Under the pieces are notes generated by a model, which saw only the letters and a program-made list of their open reading frames with translations, did no database searches and was not told where the DNA came from. A DNA stretch of 64,000 nucleotides, taken from NCBI GenBank assembly GCA_030141605.1, contig JAQGDQ010000281.1:62001-126000 (forward strand), read 5' to 3'. Each line of letters starts with the position of its first letter. The first letter of the stretch is position 1. This stretch comes from Tubiluchus corallicola (Eukaryota; Animalia; Priapulida). The position numbers were made by a program, and so were the translations under genes. Positions 61,901 through 64,000 of this stretch are shown piece after piece.

Positions 61901-64000
61901 TATATTTATGCTGTGATAATCCCATTCTAATGCTAGTCTTATTGTATAATTCTTAAGCTCCAGGCACCGTGCAAGCTCCTGGCAAACCCACTGTCGTTAT
62001 TCAGCAGACGCAGAAGACTGGGATTGATTTAGACGCTGTTGGTGCTATAGGCGATGTAAGCATCTATGATTTTGATATCAATACAGTAGAAGACAAGCCG
62101 TGGAGAAAACCAGGTAAGACAGTTAATTTTTTATTACCTTTGTATATTTTGAGTTTTCCAAATTACCTGTAATATATTGATTTTTGGAAATTTTGTAACT
62201 GAAGATTTTGTTACTTTAATGAGAATAATACACAAAGCGCATTAAATCAGTGTAACTACTTGAATTACTATACTAACTACTATAATTGTACCAGAGCATT
62301 TTCAGAAACATGATTTTTACTAATAAAGAATTTTAACTAATTACTTGATTAATAATATTATTTCAGTATTTAATATTTTCTGCTGCAGGAGCTGATATTA
62401 CAGATTATTTTAATTATGGTTTCAATGAAGAAACTTGGATAGCTTACTGTGAGAAACAGAGACAGCTTCGAGGACACAATCCACAGGTATCACGCTTGTG
62501 ATTAATGACGCATTGATTCAGAATTTTGTATTTCCAGTTTGCGTAGTTGTCCAGATAAATTGCACTCAACCCTCGAAAAATACATTACCTTATTTTTGTT
62601 CCTAATAATTTATGAAGCTTGAATGTAGTTGCACTAATGATTTATTTTGTTCATTAAGATTTAGTACTTTGTTTCTTTATATGAGAAATATCTTAAGAAG
62701 TGTAAACTTTGATGTTTTAGGAATTGCAATATATTAAGCAATATATTAAACCTTTCCATTTCCAGCTTTCGCACTTACGTGTTTTGCTGTGCCAGTTTGT
62801 CTTCCTGCTAAGTAAGGATGTACCTGTTCTTGAAGTGGCATTTCAGGCAAATGGCTTGTTGCACTATTATTATTAACTGTTTGAACTTTATGAAATTGAC
62901 AATTATATATGGCCATATTAGCTAGCAAGTAAAACTGTGCACAATTACATACTAAAATTATGTGCAACTAACTCATAACTTCATGTATAATACTCGTATA
63001 TTATGCACAGGTAACATGTATTGTTATGAGTAACTACTGTGTAAAATATGTTTTGGTATTGTATAACTTTGTGTGCAACTAGTGAGTAAGATCATGCACT
63101 ACCAGGTCAATAAAATCATGTAGAATAGTAAGTGTAGCTAGATGTCACCAGTGACATAATGGTCACATAATGGGATTACCAATATGTAGACTATTAGCAG
63201 TTAGACGATGCAGTTTTTTGCTTAGTTAATCATTATTTATTTAAAATCAAGTTTCATTTTTTAGGCACGCGTACCAAAAAAGGAAACTCACGTGGATACT
63301 AACTTGAAGACTGTCAGTACAAACGGTATTTTTCTATATATTTTCTATTTTGGTTATGTATCTAGTCAATGATGCCTATCCAGGAATGGTAAACTTCAGG
63401 GCAGAGTATGCTAACAGTTTTGTGCTTTTAAGACTGTGCAAATATGTCATAGCGCCTCTGCTAATAGTATGACTTGCCATTTTTGTTCTATATGATATAA
63501 TACGTATATTATTGCTTATTTTACATCTACATGTTCATTAACTTTTCCCTTGTAATTATTAATTAATCATATTAACTTGTTTGGCAAAGTTCTCATTTTG
63601 GTTGGAAACAGATAAACGAAAAAATTCCGTTAATTCCCCGAAACTACAGCAAGAGTCAACAGTTACATCTGTGTAAGAAAAAGTCACAAAGTTTTAAGCA
63701 CCATTATGAACATTGTGAAAGTCACACCAGTCTGTAAATTACTTTGTTTAAGGAATAACTACACTTGTAATTCTTCAAATATGCTTTTGTAGTATGACAG
63801 GCTGACCTAGCTAGCCGTATTCATTGGCATTGTCATATTTCAACATCTTTTGGTAACTTGTCCTGAACTTTATAGTGAAATTGCTGTGAACTGGTTTTTC
63901 AGAAAACAGTAAGTATACTGGGGCATCACTAGCTGTGCCGAAACGTGCTGGTCCATTTCACCGCAATGCTCCCAGCGGTCAGATTGAGGTGCTTGGCACG
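55986..64000 (+). CDS. FIP1L1: Pre-mRNA 3'-end-processing factor FIP1, 3'-partial (8 exons visible)
   Basis: Exons 55986-56025, 58180-58228, 59153-59303, 61221-61407, 61958(or 61964)-62113, 62389-62486, 63265-63325, 63903->64000. Motifs [26 protein letters not shown], Fip1 domain [32 protein letters not shown]. Confidence 0.95.
56590..57140 (-). mobile_element. Possible very old non-LTR retrotransposon C-terminal remnant
   Basis: Purine-rich, coding-like minus strand with W.EKP-like motif; too decayed to classify. Confidence 0.25.
57155..57680 (+). mobile_element. Decayed CR1-group LINE RT fragment
   Basis: [26 protein letters not shown] ... LFV(AD)DLK ... [14 protein letters not shown] ... 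[10 protein letters not shown]. Confidence 0.85.
58384..59043 (+). mobile_element. Non-autonomous hAT-Charlie-type element with perfect 8-bp TSD
   Basis: acttaaaa|CAGGGGTGTACAGACT..GGCCC repeats ... AGTTTGGACATCCCTG|acttaaaa; internal ATGGCCGAATTGAAGAAATGCAAA resembles a Charlie transposase N-terminus. Confidence 0.92.
59340..61108 (+). mobile_element. Tigger/pogo DNA transposon with inactivated transposase (from ATG 59590 to ~60853), 5' TIR missing
   Basis: Broken ORF: [11 protein letters not shown] (HTH-psq), [57 protein letters not shown]; 3' TIR GAGTCTATTTAGCAGCGCCTACTC|TA. Confidence 0.92.

Overview
AT-rich, intron-containing animal (invertebrate-looking; taxon not determinable here) genomic DNA holding a compact cluster of eight housekeeping genes whose exons I could splice by eye into complete, frame-consistent models: TM9SF1 (+, 5'-partial, one long exon), a GhrA-like D-2-hydroxyacid dehydrogenase (-), ADAT2 (+), NDUFA10 (-), SNX17 (-), APRT (+), NEDD8 (-) and FIP1L1 (+, 3'-partial). 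Three pairs are head-to-head. Introns and intergenic DNA are littered with decayed mobile elements (Tigger/pogo family in three related copies, a second pogo-like family, hAT MITEs with clear TSDs, a MULE-like MITE, and CR1-like and RTE-like LINE remnants). I found no convincing wholly new multi-gene system. The best leads are RNA-level: ADAT2 combines a U12-type intron, five out-of-frame upstream AUGs and a near-perfect GNRA-capped intronic hairpin; FIP1L1 needs a GC-AG first intron; a transposon end appears to supply an APRT branch point; and TM9SF1 has lost the lysine of its C-terminal KxD/E motif. Gene names rest on recalled protein motifs, not database searches.
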